The notes beneath the pieces were generated by a model, which saw nothing but the letters and a program-made list of their open reading frames with translations, was not told the origin of the DNA and did not search any database. Below are positions 61,466 to 64,000 of a DNA stretch of 64,000 nt, piece after piece; the first letter of the stretch is position 1; each line of letters starts with the position of its first letter. This stretch comes from Octopus vulgaris (taxonomy: Eukaryota). Made by a program: the position numbers and the translations under genes. The stretch is from contig OX597814.1 in the NCBI GenBank assembly GCA_951406725.2, forward strand, positions 52,018,001 through 52,082,000, written 5' to 3'.

Positions 61466-63797
61466 ATCATCATCATCATCATCATCATTTAGCGTTCCAT
61501 GCTAGCATAGGTTGGATGGTTCAACTGGGGTCTGGGAAGCCAGAAGGCTGCACCAGGCCCAGTCTGATCTGGCAGTGTTTCTATGGCTGGATGCCCTTCC
61601 TAACGCCAACCACTCCGTGAGTGTAGTGGGTGCTTTTTACGTGCCACTGGCACGGGGGCCAGGCAAGGCTGGCAACGGCCACGATCGGATAAGGCTTTTT
61701 ACGTGCCACCGGCACGGAGGCCAGTTGGGGCGGCGCTGGCAACGGACACGGTCGGGTGGTGCTTTTTACGTGCCACCGGCACAGGGGCCAGGCGAGGCTG
61801 GCAATGGCCACGATCGGATGGTGCTTTTTACGTGCCACTGGCACGGAGGCCAGTCGGGGCGGCGCTGGCCATTATCGGATGGTGCGCTTACGTGTCACCG
61901 GCACTGGTATCGCAGCTGTAATTTCTATTGATGTTGATCGACTTCGATTTTGGTTTTGATTTCTGATTTGATTTGATTTCATTTGATTTTGATTTTTGAT
62001 TTCCACTTGCCTCAACGGGTCTTCACAAGTGGAGTTTTGTGTCCCAAGAAGGAAAGGTCGACTGGCTACATCCCAGGTAATGGTCTCACTAGTCCTGCCA
62101 AGTCTTCTCACGCACAGCATACTTCCATAGGTCTCGGTCTCTAGTCATCTCCTCAGTGAGACCTAAAGTTCGAAGGTCGTGCTTCACCACCTCGTCCCAG
62201 GTTTTCCTGGGTCTGCCTCTTCCACAGGTTCCCTCAACCGCTAGGGTGTGGCACTTTTTCACACAGCTATCTTCATCCATTCTCGCCACATGACCATACC
62301 AGCGCAAACGTCTCTCTTGCACACCACATCTGATGCTTCTTAGGTCCAGCTTTTCTCTCAAGGTACTTACACTCTGTCGAGTATGAACACTGACATTACA
62401 CATCCAACGAAGCATACTGACTTCATTTCTTGCGAGCTTACGCATATCCTCAGCAGTCACGGCCCATGTTTCACTGCCATGTAGCATAGCTGTTCGTACA
62501 CACACGTCATACAGTCTGCCTTTTACTTTGAGCGAGAGGCCTTTTGTCACCAGCAGAGGTAAGAGCTCTCTGAACTTTGCCCAAGCTATTCTTACTCTAG
62601 CATTTACACTTTCAGCACATCCGCCCCCGCTACTGACTTGGTCACCTAGGTAATGGAAACTATCAACTATTTCTAGTTTTTCTCCCTGGAAAGTGGCAGA
62701 AGTTGGTCTCAGAGCATTTTCAGTGTTTATTGCTCCTGAGCATCTGCCACATACAAAAACTATCTTCCTAGTTAGCCTTCCTTTGACATTGCTGCACTTC
62801 TTATGTGTCCATAGCTTACACCTGGTGCATCTTATAGAGTTTCTACCTACACCTTTTCTACAGATCGAGCAGGGCCATCTACCTGAAGGCATTTGTGATT
62901 TGTCTACATTCCTACTTATTAGGACTTTGGTTTTAGCTAGATTGACTCTAAGGCCCTTCGATTCTAATCCTTGCTTCCACACCTGAAACTTCTCCAGTTC
63001 TGATAGAGACTCAGCAATTAGAGCAAGGTCATCAGCATAGAGGAGCTCCCAGGGGCATCCTGTCTTGAATTCCTCCGTTATTGCCTGGAGGACTATGGTA
63101 AATAGGAGGAGGCTGAGGACTGAGCCTTGATGGACCCCTACCTCTACCCGGAATTCTTCACTGTACTCGTTGCCAACCCTCACCTTACTAGCAGCGTCCC
63201 TGTACATGGCTCGCACAGCTCTCACTAACCATTCATCTATCCCTAGTTTCCTCATTGATCACCAGATAAGGGATCGGGGGACCCCATCGAAGGCTTTCTC
63301 CATGTCAACAAAAGCCAGGTACAGGGGCTTATCTTTGGCTAGATATTTCTCCTGCAGCTGCCTTACCAGGAATATAGCATCAGTGGTACTTCACCCTGGC
63401 ACGAACCCAAACTGCATCTCATCTAAACTAACTCACTAATTAGTTGGGCTATGACCCTCTCTGCAACCTTCATTACCTGATCCAACAGCTTGATACCTCT
63501 GTAATTATTTGTATCTAGGGCATCACCTTTACCTTTGTAGCAGTTGACTATTATGCTGCTACACCAGTCATTGGGTATGACTCCTTCGTGTATCACCTGA
63601 TTAACTATACAGGTGACTAGGCTATAGCCGACACTACCAGATATTTTGAGCATCTCTGCAGTGATTCCTGATGGGCCTGGGGCTTTCCCTGTCTTCATGC
63701 TTCTAATTGCCTTAACTACCAAGGAACTGTCAACTTGGATAGCTGGTCCCTCTGTTGGGTCAACATTTGGCAGACTCTCTTTATCCCATTCATATTT
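61466..63797 (-). mobile_element. RTE LINE copy 2 (5'-truncated)
   Basis: RT frames 63423-63722 and 62089-63420, 3' UTR with (AATCA)n, 4-5 repeat units and (GAT)n tail at 61466. Confidence 0.92.
62089..63790 (-). pseudogene. RTE RT ORF with PHD finger; one stop (~63259) and a frameshift (~63430)
   Basis: MKTGKAPGPSGI, NYRGIKLL, GVHQGSVLS, LLYADD, CSIC..CTRC..H..C..CGRC, FHYLG. Confidence 0.92.
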
Positions 63798-63825
63798 CTA
63801 AAATTTAGATGAGCAAAAGTAATAC

Positions 63826-64000
63826 GGTTTGACCGGGTCTGGGAAGCCAGGGGCCGCTCCAGGCTCCAGTCTGAATCTGGCAGAGTTTCTACGGCTGGAT
63901 GCCCTTCCTAACGCCAACCACTCCGTGAGTGGATTGGGTGCTTTTTACGTGCCACCTGCACAGGGGCCGGAGGGTCCGGCATCGTCACGATCGGTTCGAG
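63826..64000 (-). mobile_element. Further RTE 3'-UTR piece running off the window
   Basis: GGCTGGATGCCCTTCCTAACGCCAACCACTCC and GTGCTTTTTACGTGCCAC unit. Confidence 0.8.

Overview
AT-rich animal DNA, most likely octopus/cephalopod (inferred from the SINE, RTE and Helitron families and the dense (CA/TA)n tracts; not verified by search). I see no host protein-coding gene, and most short listed ORFs are microsatellite or antisense artefacts. The window is a stack of transposable elements. It has a near-intact CR1-clade LINE (29636-33785, minus), two young RTE LINEs with a PHD finger inside the RT and a tandem-repeat 3' UTR, decayed CR1/RTE/CRE/Ty3-gypsy relics, mariner/Tc1, hAT and TTAA-type MITEs, Helitrons, tRNA-derived SINEs and Penelope-like (PLE) fragments. 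Two signals stand out. (1) CR1 ORF1 ends in G GGA AAC UAA and runs into an ATG-less ORF2 in the -1 frame, with a second -1 junction next to a perfect 14-bp stem/possible pseudoknot; this is a candidate for retrovirus-style frameshifting in a LINE. (2) Three unrelated fold-back repeats carry type I hammerhead ribozyme motifs, one with a G3:C8 core swap and one downstream of a tRNA-like Pol III promoter. Coordinates were read by eye and boundaries of decayed elements are approximate.
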